Of a stretch of DNA of 64,000 nucleotides, positions 26,460-38,871 are shown in pieces. Each line of letters starts with the position of its first letter. Position 1 is the first letter of the stretch. Source of the stretch: Massalongia carnosa (lineage: Eukaryota). A program made the translations under genes and the position numbers. Below the pieces are notes generated by a model. It saw nothing but the letters and a program-made list of their open reading frames with translations. It was not told the origin of the DNA and did not search any database. The stretch spans positions 2,418,001 through 2,482,000 of the forward strand of contig OZ287071.1 of the NCBI GenBank assembly GCA_965645245.1, given 5' to 3'.

Positions 26460-27899
26460 GAAGAGAGCTGACGATAAAGTGAACATGTGCGGTTTGATGA
26501 GAAGTAGGAAAAGAATTTGAGAAGGAAGAAGCAAGTGAAAGAATAATATACCAGATTGAAGCTGAGTCGCAACCGATATCCAACCGTATCGAGTTGAAAC
26601 AGAGTCACGATAGCCATACAGAAATTGGTAGCAGTGTCAAAGTACTGTCTTACCCACCTCACGCTCGTTGCCCAAATAGGACAGTATCCAGCACGTGTTA
26701 ATCACAAGTAGAGAATTTTCAGAACTTTACGTTCATACCTACGTACCTTACCTTGGAATATGCGCTGTATATTTAATATAAATAGCTTCAGGCTTTATGC
26801 GTTCCAGAGCTGGAGAGTCGCGAAAAGCGAATCGCGTTGCAATAGCTTTTTGATACCAGAAACAAGTCGAGTATCAAAACGTTGCCCAGAATCATGCTCA
26901 AAAGCCTTTGTAGCGGACGCGTCGAAGAATGACCCAACTTATGTACAATACTCAGGATGCATATTTTTGTTTCGAAAAAAATTGCTTGCAACCGGGTTTT
27001 ACACCCTAAACCCAATCCTATAGTACTGAATACGTTCCCTATCACGGTATGCAGAGTCCATATAGTATGGTTCTACTGCAATTGCTGATGCGGATGATCC
27101 AGACGCCTTCCAATAATTTCTGCCAAGGGAGATGCGGCGGAGGATACTGACCCGCATATAGTGGTTTGTGGCGACCATCTATGTGGCTGCGAAGGATGGT
27201 CCCTAGGCTGAAAGAGGGACCTGCAGTTTGACCTTAGCCATCGGCATCCTCGATGGGTGTCATGCTTGGGATTTCTGCTCGGCCTTTGCAAAGGGCAGGC
27301 AGGCGGCTAAGAAGAGGGCAAAGGGCCAGATGAGTAGGCAGGCAGAATATCAAATTTAGACAGAAACTTGAACAACAAGACAGATCAAAAGAAGTAGGGT
27401 TCTTTTATTTTTATTTTCTTAAGCAGTTACCAATACCAGGGCCCTGGAAACCTGTCTATCCAGGTGGGTTCGAGCCGTGAGGCTGATGGGAGGTATGGTG
27501 TTTTTTGCGGTTCTTTTGAGCGCTATTCCTTGTGCAATTGGTTTCCCCAAATGCCAAAGCCATGCTTGTTCGCCACCAACTAACCTGAGGAAACGAGCAT
27601 GATGAGAGGCGTATCAGGAAGATATGATCATCGCGAAAGCGTTAAGTGGGTGGCAGTCTTCATCATTTTTTTCAAACGCATGAATATGGAAAGCATGCTT
27701 GATTAGCTTGGCTTTAAGGGGATCGACAACGCACATACATAGGAGCGAACAGGGAACAAGGAAGCTAGCTTGGCGATCACGTGCCACACCGAACGCGGGC
27801 AGCCTCGACCAACAGAAGGGTTTTTTAATCGTATCGCAACGACCAAACGGCCGTCGACTGATTAGTTGCGCCCTGTAATCATATTCTGAGATCTTCAAG

Positions 27900-29059
27900 A
27901 TGGTCGGTTCTAATCCAATCTCACTCTTCGACTAGACTCTTGCTAATTCGCTATCAGCCTCAAAATGAGTCCGTCATAACCCCCACCCCAATACTCCAAG
28001 CCTTCTAACTCATAATCCTAGATATATCGAGCGATGGCAGAAGCAACATGGAAAAAGGTCCGTCGATTTTTCATCTAAAATCCTTCTGGCGAACCTTACC
28101 AACTCTTATAGACTCGACCACGAAGAGCGCACCCGAAAGCGCATCGCCCGCGAATCCCACAAACAATCTCAATCCGCCCAGAAATTCACCGGCCTGCGCG
28201 CCAAACTCTACCAAAAGAAGCGGCATGCCGAAAAAATCCAGATGAAGAAGCAGATCCGCGCTCACGAGCAGCGAGACATTAAATCCTCCGCTCTCGCCGA
28301 ACCCTCGTCAACGCCCTTGCCGCAATATCTGCTCGATCGCACGCAGCCGACGACGGCGAAGGCGCTATCGAGCGCGATCAAGAATAAGCGAGCAGAGAAG
28401 GCGGCGAAGTTTAGTGTGCCGTTGCCTAGAGTGAGGGGAATCGCAGAGGAGGAAATGTTCAAGGTCATTAAGACTGGAAAGAAGACAGCGAAGAAGGGAT
28501 GGAAGAGAATGATAACAAAGCCAACTTTCGGTAAGTTGATTGACTGCCAATATAATTGGGAGAAGTATTGGAATTGGATTGATGCTCCTAATCTACATTC
28601 AATGCTCATTTCACGGCTGCTTCAGCCACTAATCATTATTCTAGTTGGACCTGACTTCACCCACTAATCATTATTCTAGTTGGACCTGACTTCACCCGAC
28701 GACCCGTAAAATACGAACGCTTTATCCGCCCCATGGGTCTGCGCTACAAGCGCGCCAACGTCACACACCCCGAACTGGCCGTGACGGTGCAGCTACCGAT
28801 CATCAGCGTGAAAAAGAACCCTCAAAATCCACTGTACACCCAGCTGGGCGTATTGACAAAGGGGACTATTATCGAGGTGAATGTCAGCGAATTGGGGTTG
28901 GTGACGGCAGGGGGGAAGGTGGTATGGGGGAGATGGGCGGTATGTGGCTATTTGGGACCTTGTGTTCTTGTTGAGGGGGTCTTCTCGCTGACATTCTAAC
29001 AGCAAGTGACGAACAATCCGGAAAACGATGGGTGTTTGAACGCTGTTCTACTGGTCTGA
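27900..29059 (+). CDS. NSA2: Ribosome biogenesis protein NSA2, six exons
   Basis: Spliced [23 protein letters not shown]...[43 protein letters not shown]...[18 protein letters not shown]. Confidence 0.97.
28626..28695 (+). repeat. Perfect 35-bp tandem duplication covering branch point, 3' splice site and exon start in NSA2
   Basis: ccactaatcattattctagttggacctgacttcac at 28626-28660 and 28661-28695. Confidence 0.95.
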
Positions 29060-31156
29060 ATGAACAAGACCAACGACTCACGAATGGTCGGTGGGAAAGA
29101 TGTTGCTAATGGTGGATGAAACTACGACATTGTAGAAATGCATAGGGGGAACGTCTACAGCGACGAAGAGAGCACTCGTCTCCGAGAGACATCATCGGGA
29201 CCCGCTCCAAGCGTGGATAAGCATATCTGCTGAGCCCTGCCAAGTTCCTCCCTCCTAGCAAAGCTTAGCACCAGGGAGTCAGAAACCCGCCAAATCTATT
29301 CTAGCCAACGCTCATAATGCATTGCATCTTCTCTAGGCAGCGCCCCCATCCCATCTCTCTCACGGTGCTTTGACCGCGCTCTCAGGTCGGACCCGTAGTA
29401 GTTTCGTGAATGGTTTTCTCCTTCTCCTTTTCCTTCTTCTCGGACTGTGGCTGTCTGCATCCTATAGTTATGCAGAGCGTCTGGTTTTTTCGGCAGAGCT
29501 TGCCCCGGTAAGCTAGGTCGGTAGGGTTACTTCTTATCTTTTACTTCTGTCTATCTACCAGCGCGCACATATCAGTTTATTGCGCAATAAACCGGTTCAT
29601 TCATAACCAATAACAGTTTCCTCTCCCAATATCGTTGAAATTCCGATTTTGGATGTGCATCCCTCCTACTTTGCTTCTGTACACGTATAAATCGTAGTGA
29701 TATTCGCTCTTTACGTATGATGACGAGTTTCTGTATATTTCTTCTCCTATCATTTTTATTTTTATTTTTGCGTATGTCCATCGCGACTCATTTCTTCCCC
29801 TACGTTGTATAGCTTCCCTATATTTTATGTCTAGTTTCTTTTCTTGGGGCTTTTACTTTGATACTTGGGTATTTATCATTTTTTCACACCGATAGTGCTT
29901 TGCATGTAGGAGAGGGAGAGAAAATAGGAAGAGGGAGAGGAAGGAAAACGAAAATAGAAGTGTATATACATACAGATTACATATAGATAACATAAGAAGA
30001 GCCCCTTCCCCCCCTTCTCTTTGTTTTTTCCCCTTAAAAAGCAGCAGTCAAAAACTTGCCAATCACCCCCCCCTGTCTCGAACCCCAAAAATCCGGAAGA
30101 GCGAGCGTCTACTATACGTGTACCTTACTCTTTTTAGATACACACGTACATAACTCGACCTAAACCCAATCCATGTTCACACACTTAATCAACCCCCCCC
30201 AAATACCGGGCTGGGGGGGAAGTATATACATTTTACTTACCTCCTCTGCCTGCCTAGGGAAGTTTTCATATATGTTTTTTTAATTATGTATTTACGTGTT
30301 AAGCTAAGTTAAGTTGAGTGCACCTCGTGAGGAGGGGGGGGGGTTTCTGGTAGTGGTTATGATTGGATCTGAAGATTATTCAAGGCAAGTGAGGGGGGGG
30401 GGGGTTCCCCAGGGATGAGAAGGAGGACCGGGGGGGTGGAAAGGTTGAATTAGCGTAAGTACACGAACGAAACGAACGAATCAATGAAATCACCTCCCCC
30501 CCTTCTTCTCTTTCCACCCCGCACAATCCACCAGCCAAACGGCAGTTACTTTCCCGCAATCGATTCATTCTCCCGATGAGTAGGTTTGGTTGTGTGTTAG
30601 TGCTTTGGGGAAAGGGGATAACAATGTTCGCATATATGTAAATGAATATAGATAACTAAAACAGATAAATAAGGCCACACAACACAGCACAAGCGTAAAC
30701 CGCGGGACCGGAAACCCAAGCTTGCACCCTCACCTCCTAGCCCTAGAGGAGTAGAGGAGAGGAGAGTAGATCAGACGAGGGACTAATGGACGAACGAACG
30801 AACGGAAGAGTGGAAGAAAGTAAAAACGAAAGGCGGCTGTGCCCGTGACAAATGCCCAAGAGAGCACGCTTTTCTAGATCATGAACCAAACCGCTTTCCC
30901 CCCCTCCCCCCCCAACCTTTAAACCCTCCCTTTGGGAGGATGCCAATAAGCAAAATCCAAACGCCATAAACCCAAGCAGGCACGCCGAAGCGACTGAAGC
31001 CCGAGACAAAAAAGGCCATAGAGAATGAATGAGTGAAAACGCCGGTTAAACCAATCGCTCGCTTATGCGGGCCCCATAACCAGCGATTTGCTGCTACGGA
31101 GGATCAAAATGGAAAAAAGAACCGCCCTAACCCCCCCTCCCCCACCAAAATAAAAA

Positions 31157-33700
31157 TCACCAAGGCCCCCTCCCTTCATCCACCGCGGCCTTAATCCCGC
31201 CCCAAATCTTCCGTGGCCACACCTCCAGCTCCGCCTCTGAGGGCAAACCCCTCTCGCGGACGTGCTTGAGGATACACTCCTGCACGGTGGCGATCCACTC
31301 CACACCCACCGGCACGGTGTTAGGAACCACGTGATCCGGATCCAGGAACGGGTCCCTGGGCGCCAACAGGTCCGTCACGGTGGGGCGAAGCGTCGGGTCA
31401 CGTGTCAGACAGCGGCGGAGGGTGGAGATGAGGCCGGGGGGTAAGAGGATTGAGCCGACGCCCGCAAGAGGAAAGACGATGGCGTGGCGGGGGTTGGGGA
31501 TGGCCATGATGCGGTGCATTTGGTTGGGGATGTGGGCGAAGGGGGGTTTGCCGTAGACCATTTGGTACAGGATGCACCCCAAGCTCCAGACATCGCTCGG
31601 TTTGCCGAGTTTCATAAGTTTGGGCGCAGGATGAATGCTTGGGGGGAGGTGCGACGATGCGGTCGCGGCGGGGTTAGAGTCTACGAGAGCTTCGGGCGAC
31701 ATGTAGTTGGGGGTCCCAATGTGTTGGTCGCGGTGCACATTGACGGTATGGTCCTGGATGGTGTTTGAGATGCCGAAATCGATCAGCTTGAGCCGGCCCT
31801 GGGTGAGAAGAAAATTCGCCGGTTTCAGATCTGAGTGGACAATGTCATGGGCGTGCACGGCCCGCACGCACTCCAGCATTTCTTTCCAGAAGTATCGTGT
31901 AAATGTGATGTCGAAGGTGGCGTCTTCAGCGTTGAGGCGTAGCGTCAGCACGCGGTTCAGGTCTGATTCGCCCATCTCCATCAATACACTTAAGGTGCGT
32001 TTTTCCTCGTTGATTTCCCAATCGAAGAGCCGCACGACGCGGTCTACATTCTCGAGCTTGCGGAGGAGGTCGATTTCCCCTTTATATCCACGGATGGCGG
32101 CTTCGTCTTGGTCCTCTAGCGTTACCCGTTTCAATGCGAAGACTTTGTAGTTCTCTGCCATGACTCGGTAGACTTTAGAGCTTCCTCCTCGGCCAATGCA
32201 ATCCATTCGCGTAAAGACCTTACCATTGACGGAGATGTAGTTTCTCTTTTTCCGCGATTGGGAAGCCGATGCCGCTCCTGCCGTCGCGGTGGCAGTCTCA
32301 AGGACAGTCATTTTAGGCGGCGGAGGAGCGGGGCGATGAGGCGTGTTCTGGCTTCGAGGAGCAAGGGCCGGCCTTGGAGGAGAAATAGTAGCGGGAGTCT
32401 CGATCAACATCTTCTCGTCGGACATAATTTCAAATCTTTGGGGCCTTCCCGAAGGAGCGATGCCGTTAACTTTGTTTCTTCTGAATGTTGGAGGCGGCTC
32501 ATTTTCTTGGTCAAATCTTGAAGGAAGTGATGGAAAAGGGGGGACTTTGAATGCGGGTTGAACTGCTGATCCTGCGGAAGGAGCTAGTGTTTTCTTTGAT
32601 TGAACAACATGTATCGCATCGATTTTTGCCTTCTTGTCGTCTACGTATCCAGGACTCCCGGTGATGAGGCCGGGATGGCTCGAATGATGACGACGTTCAA
32701 CATCGGGCGCCGTCTCGGCCTTGGCTTGATAGACGGCTTTGGGCGAAGTAGGCTCCATCTTGATTTCATTAAGGTCCTCGTCGTTCTTTGATATAGCCTT
32801 ACGCGCTTCGCCCGACGACAGTAAATCATCCTGCACTGGGCTTTGGTCTTCCTCGCTTTGCCTTCGTTTCATCCCTCTTCTTGCTGGTCCACTCAGATAG
32901 CGACCGGTGACCTTTCCTACTCTCTTAACCCGCAGCGAGCCCTGCATTCCTGCATCTTCTGCCTTGGACCTATTTATTGAGAGATTTCCCATTTGAGAAG
33001 CTGCTCCATGATCAAGGTCCCCATCTTTGGACGCGGTAGCGGGTCCCACACGTTGGTAAACGCCACCAGATCCAGGCTTGAGCGTGGATGGCTCATATTC
33101 CCCCGATGATGGCCCTTTCGGCCAAATATCTGAATTGGTAGATTGAGCAATACGCGATCGTGGCGCAGGCGTGATTAAGTCCTGCACTTTTGGAATACCC
33201 TGGCCATTCATTACAGAAGCAGACCTCCGTAACGTCGCCATTCCCATATTCGCCGGGCTCAATCTTACAATTCGCGGACTTCCAGACCTTACCGCTGCAG
33301 CTGGAATCGTTCGATCTCTGAACGCAGGTCCAAGCGCTGTCGGGCTCCGTCGCGCCCATGATTTATGCTCCATATCCGCCGCCGCCGCCTCCTCCCCCCC
33401 ATGCTCCTCCTGTGAATATGGAGATCCTTCTATAACCGACGCTTCATCCCCCAAAATAGCCTTTGCTTCAGCGCTAAATTTCATCGGCGGTACAGGAACC
33501 TCATCGTCCGAGCTATCCCCGAGAGAGAGTTTCCGTACCCAGGGTAGAGGCTCCTCTGGGGCAGCTGATATTGCGGCAATGGGGGAGCCTCGTTTGAGAT
33601 GAGGTCTAAGAGACTGGAATCGAACATTGTTTCGGGAGAGGGGTCGGCGCGGAAACCCGTTCTGATTTGATGTCGGTGGCGTCGGAGATGCCATTACCAT
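31157..33700 (-). CDS. MPS1: Mps1/TTK spindle-checkpoint dual-specificity kinase
   Basis: IGRGGSSKVY, FALKRV, YKGEIDLL, HSDLKPANF, LIDFGI, IGTPNYMSPE, SDVWSLGCILYQMVYGKPPF; DQENEPPPTF motif; first ATG at 33700. Confidence 0.95.
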   Translation of the reverse strand: MVMASPTPPTSNQNGFPRRPLSRNNVRFQSLRPHLKRGSPIAAISAAPEEPLPWVRKLSLGDSSDDEVPVPPMKFSAEAKAILGDEASVIEGSPYSQEEHGGEEAAAADMEHKSWARRSPTALGPAFRDRTIPAAAVRSGSPRIVRLSPANMGMATLRRSASVMNGQGIPKVQDLITPAPRSRIAQSTNSDIWPKGPSSGEYEPSTLKPGSGGVYQRVGPATASKDGDLDHGAASQMGNLSINRSKAEDAGMQGSLRVKRVGKVTGRYLSGPARRGMKRRQSEEDQSPVQDDLLSSGEARKAISKNDEDLNEIKMEPTSPKAVYQAKAETAPDVERRHHSSHPGLITGSPGYVDDKKAKIDAIHVVQSKKTLAPSAGSAVQPAFKVPPFPSLPSRFDQENEPPPTFRRNKVNGIAPSGRPQRFEIMSDEKMLIETPATISPPRPALAPRSQNTPHRPAPPPPKMTVLETATATAGAASASQSRKKRNYISVNGKVFTRMDCIGRGGSSKVYRVMAENYKVFALKRVTLEDQDEAAIRGYKGEIDLLRKLENVDRVVRLFDWEINEEKRTLSVLMEMGESDLNRVLTLRLNAEDATFDITFTRYFWKEMLECVRAVHAHDIVHSDLKPANFLLTQGRLKLIDFGISNTIQDHTVNVHRDQHIGTPNYMSPEALVDSNPAATASSHLPPSIHPAPKLMKLGKPSDVWSLGCILYQMVYGKPPFAHIPNQMHRIMAIPNPRHAIVFPLAGVGSILLPPGLISTLRRCLTRDPTLRPTVTDLLAPRDPFLDPDHVVPNTVPVGVEWIATVQECILKHVRERGLPSEAELEVWPRKIWGGIKAAVDEGRGPW

Positions 33701-34128
33701 TGTTCGGGGTGCACAACGCGAAGCGGAAATCAAAGCATCGTCAGTTGTGTTTCTCCAATAGACAGACCAAAGATCTTTGAAGCAATTGAAGCCAGTGAAG
33801 CATGGTTACAGCTAGTCAACGAAGGGATCATAAACAGCAAAAATTGAAACTAGCGCTTTGAGTGGTGGTAGCGCGAAAAGTGCAACTTTGCGCGGCAGGG
33901 TTGTTTACCAACGTTGCCAGGGACAACCAATTCTTCTCATTCTTTCCAAAAAACAATTTCTTTGATGTTACTCTTCTAACTAGTCTCATGGTGTAGAACT
34001 ATGCAGAGTTTAGAGGTTGCGATACAGTAGATTAATTAAAACTCGTCATTTGCCATCCTGCGCAAACTCCATCTTTCCTGAGCCCGTAACGCCTCCGCCG
34101 GTCCCGAAATCCTCTATGACACATATCA

Positions 34129-35706
34129 TCACAGCTCATCCTTGTAGATCTCCTCGCTGCCCTCGTTCTCTTCTTCCTCCTCATCGGAATGTGGCTTCTC
34201 CGGTGTTGCCATAACTTCCTCCTGACCTTCTTCTTGACCGGAAGCATCCTCTTCATTTTCATCTCCCTGCAATATTCCTCTGAGTTCCATCCCTTCAACC
34301 CCCTCAAAAACCTCCAGCTTCCAGGATTTTCCTGCAGCTGCCTCCTTCAACCTTTCTCGCATCAACGCGATCTCTTTTGGATCCAGCCCCATTTTCTTCA
34401 AGTCTTCGTCTGCGATCTTTTCAATCTTGCCTCCTTTGTCCTGCTTGGCCAGAAACTTGGCTTTGCCTCCTACAGCAGCGAATCCGATTCCACCGTCTGG
34501 TTGGATAATAAACTGGGGAGGCTCGAGGCGGGAGCCTGGTTTGCCGACTTGCTTCATAGCGCCAACTTCTATGCCGGCGACATTAGGCCGAGCGGAGGAG
34601 GAACTGGAACTGACAAGTTTTGGTTGCAGAGAGGACTTCCGGGATTGCCAGGTTGGAATGTCGGCTTCAGAAACAACTTCGCGGCAGGTGATGGCGTGCG
34701 CTTTAGATTCGTTGGGAGGGAGGAATGCGACGTCGTGGCAGAGGCGTGGGGTGAATATGACCATTAGATAGGAGCAGGTTGAGACTTCCTTAATCCAGCC
34801 GATGCGGTCGGTACTTTGGGGGTGGCAGTGGAACTGAATTTCCACACGGCGCTCACGGCCAGTGAGATCGCAAGTAGTGCCACCGCCCAAGCGTTGCACA
34901 AGGTAGCGGGTTTCGCCTTTTACCTGTAACTCTGTGGTTCCCTGGTTGTCTTCGCCGCGCGATGACTGCTTTTCACCGCCTATTCCGTCCTTTACCTTGT
35001 CTCTTTTGCCAAACTTGCCTAAGACGTACGAAGGTGTTGTCTCATCCTCCATCGGGGGGAAGACTGGCGTGTCCTTTCCTGGCGGTAGCTGGTGAAACTG
35101 CTTGACGTGGGCATTGTAACAGAAGGAATACGACCACCACCCTGAGATGAAATACATGCAGTTGCCTTCCATATCCTTGAGTAACTCCCATCCTCGGTTC
35201 CTTGCGCGGGCAAGTTCTGCAGTCTCCTGTTCCGCGGCCTTTGCCTTTGCCTGAGCGAAAGCAGTGTCGTTCTTTTTTGGAGCTTCGACTTTTGGGATGG
35301 CACATATATACTTTTTGCCATCCAAAATCATAGATTCATAAGATTCTATCGCATCCTCAAAAAGGATCCCAGAGGTTTCAGGCGCCGAAAATTGTGGGTT
35401 ATCCCCCTGCCGTGATATCTCCGTCGCCGCTTCTGAAGGGATGGAGGTATCCCCCGACGCAGGTGTCGCTTGAGTTCTTGCTGAGGAGCTTGGAGCAGCG
35501 TAAGCCAGGCGCGATTTGGCATCTTTGTCGGAAATAAAACTATCAGAGAATTGGACCTCGTACTGTTCTAGTCAGCCACAAAACTGATAGTCCGCGACTT
35601 ATGTACGTACCTGGGGGAAAGCTAGGAAATCGTCATGAACGCTGAAGACGCTAGGACTGGCAGAAACAAGACTGGCGGTAGCCAGCCAAATGATGCTATA
35701 CTTCAT
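34129..35706 (-). CDS. YOS9: ER lectin OS-9/Yos9 (MRH domain), two exons
   Basis: Signal peptide and FSVHDDFLAFPQ|YEV in exon 1; CMYFISGWWSYSFC, GTTCDLTG, IKEVSTCSY; C-terminal KDEL. Confidence 0.93.
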
Positions 35707-35995
35707 GGTTCCATTTCATTTATGAAGACGGTGATTTGAATCGCTAACTTTCAATTGATGACATGTGTCCGTTTCGTTTTCGGAAGCCGGATAGGATATG
35801 TATCTCATCAAGGATCAAGCGGCATAACGATAGGCAAATGTATTCTCTGTATAGGGAGCTTTGAAAATTAATTTGCTCCAAATCCTTAAATGATAAAATC
35901 CATCAGATGATTAACTTAATTCGTGAATCAGTATTTGTAGATGTCATAGCAGGCACCTGCCAATCCCCACCTACCACAGGGCCCTTGCTCCGCCC

Positions 35996-36736
35996 TCAAT
36001 GCTCCAACACAACCTTCTTCCCCCTCTCCCAACCCCTCAGCGCATCCTCAATCGAACACCAATACCTTAACCTCCCTACCTCTCTTCTCGCCCCCTCTAA
36101 GTCATCCATCCCAAAAAAACCCTCCAATCGCTCAACGCACCCCCCAATTCTCTCCGTATTCTCCTTATCCAACCGTTTGATCGCCTCCTCCGTCTCTGCC
36201 TCCTCGATCGCCTCCCTTACCTCCAGCACCTCCATCAAAAGCTCCTCGTCCACGCTGCCATCCTCCTTTTGCGAGCTTTCATCATCCGCAATTTCAATCC
36301 CGCGCAGCGCAAGGATGTATTGGGCGCGTAGCAACGGGTGCTGCAGCGTTTTGTAGGCCTCGTTGATGAGGGCGGACAGGCCCTCGGCGCGAGATTTCGA
36401 GTCGCCGTAGTGCAGATCCGGGTGGGCGCGGGATTGGAGTTGAAGGAATTCTCGCTTGAGATGGGTGAGATCGATGGTGAAGGGCCCGGTAGGAGGAGGG
36501 CCGGAGGGGAGGGTGGCGGGAAAGAGAGTGTAGTGTGTCTGACGCCGGGGAGATTCCTTCTGGGAAATTGTAGACGTGATTATGTGTCTTCGAGGAGATA
36601 ATTGATTGCACACTCTGGTAACGGAGGTGGTTGTGTTACACTTATAAAACGGTTGACGATGGAATCTTAACGAGGCATATTGTTCGAAAACGGAAAAGAT
36701 TTGCCCACTACCACTCTGTGGGCGACAGCTTGGCAT
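35996..36736 (-). CDS. JAC1: Mitochondrial Fe-S cluster J-type co-chaperone (HscB/Jac1)
   Basis: J domain with HPD (QSRAHPDLH), SALINEAYKTL..PLLRAQY, HscB C-terminal LMEVLEVREAIE...RLRYW. Confidence 0.92.
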   Translation of the reverse strand: MPSCRPQSGSGQIFSVFEQYASLRFHRQPFYKCNTTTSVTRVCNQLSPRRHIITSTISQKESPRRQTHYTLFPATLPSGPPPTGPFTIDLTHLKREFLQLQSRAHPDLHYGDSKSRAEGLSALINEAYKTLQHPLLRAQYILALRGIEIADDESSQKEDGSVDEELLMEVLEVREAIEEAETEEAIKRLDKENTERIGGCVERLEGFFGMDDLEGARREVGRLRYWCSIEDALRGWERGKKVVLEH

Positions 36737-38871
36737 AGCAGAATGGACGAAAATTTTCTAGAATAGGAATACTAAGAGAATTGCTACGCTATGGGTTGAG
36801 AAGTATCGTAGTCGTTATATATTAACGTTGAAACCCCACTTCTACAACAACCAATCTTTCAAAGAACACTACATAGAAATACATACCAGAACACCAGGTT
36901 TCAAAGAGCTTTTCTCGTATATATAAGCCGGCTTTAGCGGCATTTCATATACATGTCTTACTCATCCTCTCTCCTACCGCTCCGCAACACAAAAATTACT
37001 ACTACAGCGTGCAAGGATTGGCTGCCATCTGAAAATCCGTTTCCCAAGCTGCGGTTTCTCCAGCTGTATCTCCTCCTGCAATACTCTCACCTAGGGTCAC
37101 TGTCCCTGGAGAAATCTCGAGTCCGTCAAGCTCGACTTGATTCGTTTCATCCACTTTCGTTCCAAACTCGTCGGTCAACAACCTTTCGAAAGACGCTTAG
37201 CCTTCCCTATTATCGAAGTTATTAGCGGCGCTTCTTTTCTCCGCCGTTAGTATTCTGGAGTAGGACAGAAATTCGCCGGTTCATGTTTTCGACGTGGATT
37301 TGGACGCGAAAGAGGCTTTCCTCGGCAGTGTCCTACCGCCTCGAAAACTTGCTGGATTGGTTTTTTCCGCATCAACGATCGCACTTCAGTAACTTGGTCC
37401 ATAATTTGCCTGGTTCAGAACGAAAATTATAATATATAGGATAAGAAGATGAAGGAAGCGTCAACCAAATACTTACATCCCATTCTGTTCAGCATCGTGG
37501 AACTGTCACACCCCATTCCTCTGCGTTTGAATAAGCGTGAGTTCCCCCCATAGCTATACATGTAATGTTTAGCGGTTCTCCCCGATATGTCGGCTTCAAG
37601 GCAGATATGAGAAACTGACGAGGTTCGCATATCACTCTGCCCCTTTCTGTCAACCAACAACAAAGAGCTTTTTCATCTCTTTCACATACCAAGTTGAATG
37701 GCTCGCTGTAGCCACCATCATCTTCTTCTTTGGCAGAAGTTTTTTCACAGAAGGCCCCAGGCAAGAGTAGCAACAATAATCACCACATTGTTCAACAGCT
37801 TTCGCTTTCGATATTGGTTCTAATTGAAAGAAGCTAACGAGAAGCAGGCTAGTGATTTCCAACTAAAGAGTGCCAAAGGCAGATTTAAAGAGATATTTGG
37901 ACCAGATTATGGAAACGGAACAAACGTGACTTAATGAAGCGGAACACCTATAGAAACCTCCCGCTTGTCCCGCTTCCAACACGTGCATGATCCCAGCCGG
38001 TTCGGCTGTTTCGAGTTCGACTCGTTTTGCTGCTATGAAGTTTTAAACATTACCTTTACTCCGACTAGTGCTAGGTAGACGGAACTATGCTAGCTTAAAT
38101 ATAACTCTATCCTTAAATGCTTTACTGAAGTCAATAGCTGTTCACCCGACTCAGGTGGCTCGCAAGTTCATCAGAACAGTTGAAGTCGTGGACTAAAGAC
38201 TCATGCAACAAATAGACTTTGTTTTCTCAGACTCTATTAGCTTCGAGTTGTCATTGAAGACCCATTTTACAGTAAAGACGGACTCATCTACCTTACAGGC
38301 CGTTGGTTTTCTAGGCCCCGTGTGGCTTTCCAAGCTGCTGTTCAGGTTCTTGGTATGAATTCCAACTTGTGCGCAGAATATGTATAAGCGGATAACGAGA
38401 ACATAAGTAACAGTTTGTCAATGTTTAGTACACCACGCTCAAGTCTAAATTAGCAATTGGCAACCATCGTGTATTGCAGCAACATCCATTACAAGATTGA
38501 AGTTGCCTATTGCAGACCTCTAAGAGTTGTCGTAGGGAGTCCAAACCGTATGATATATGCTAATATTGCTGCAATCGATGTTCGTAGAGGGCGTTGGCGT
38601 TTATAAGCTTTTCTGATGAAAGCTTCCGAAGCATTTAGACTCATAGATATACCCTAAAACTTTTTTAAATATTAGTTTATCCCTACTGCTGATTTATCTA
38701 GGTTTCTTTCAATCAACATTCCCGTAGCTCGTTGTCGCAACTTTCGGCTCTTGCATTGCACCGTAAAAGCTGGCAAGCACGGCTTATTGGTTTTTACTCG
38801 TTTGACCATAATCGATAAACAGGTAATGTTCATGCACGGTAAATTGATAACCGTGAATAGAGCACCGTAGA

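Noticed and set aside
27455..27480. GGGTTCGAGCC resembling a tRNA T-loop or B box
   Set aside because: No cloverleaf, acceptor stem or A box could be built around it.
28531..28625. Longer NSA2 intron as a possible snoRNA host
   Set aside because: No convincing C/D or H/ACA box arrangement seen.
37427..37862. Short ORFs with a hydrophobic start and Cys residues (possible small secreted protein)
   Set aside because: No ATG start at the hydrophobic segment and no consistent exon structure.
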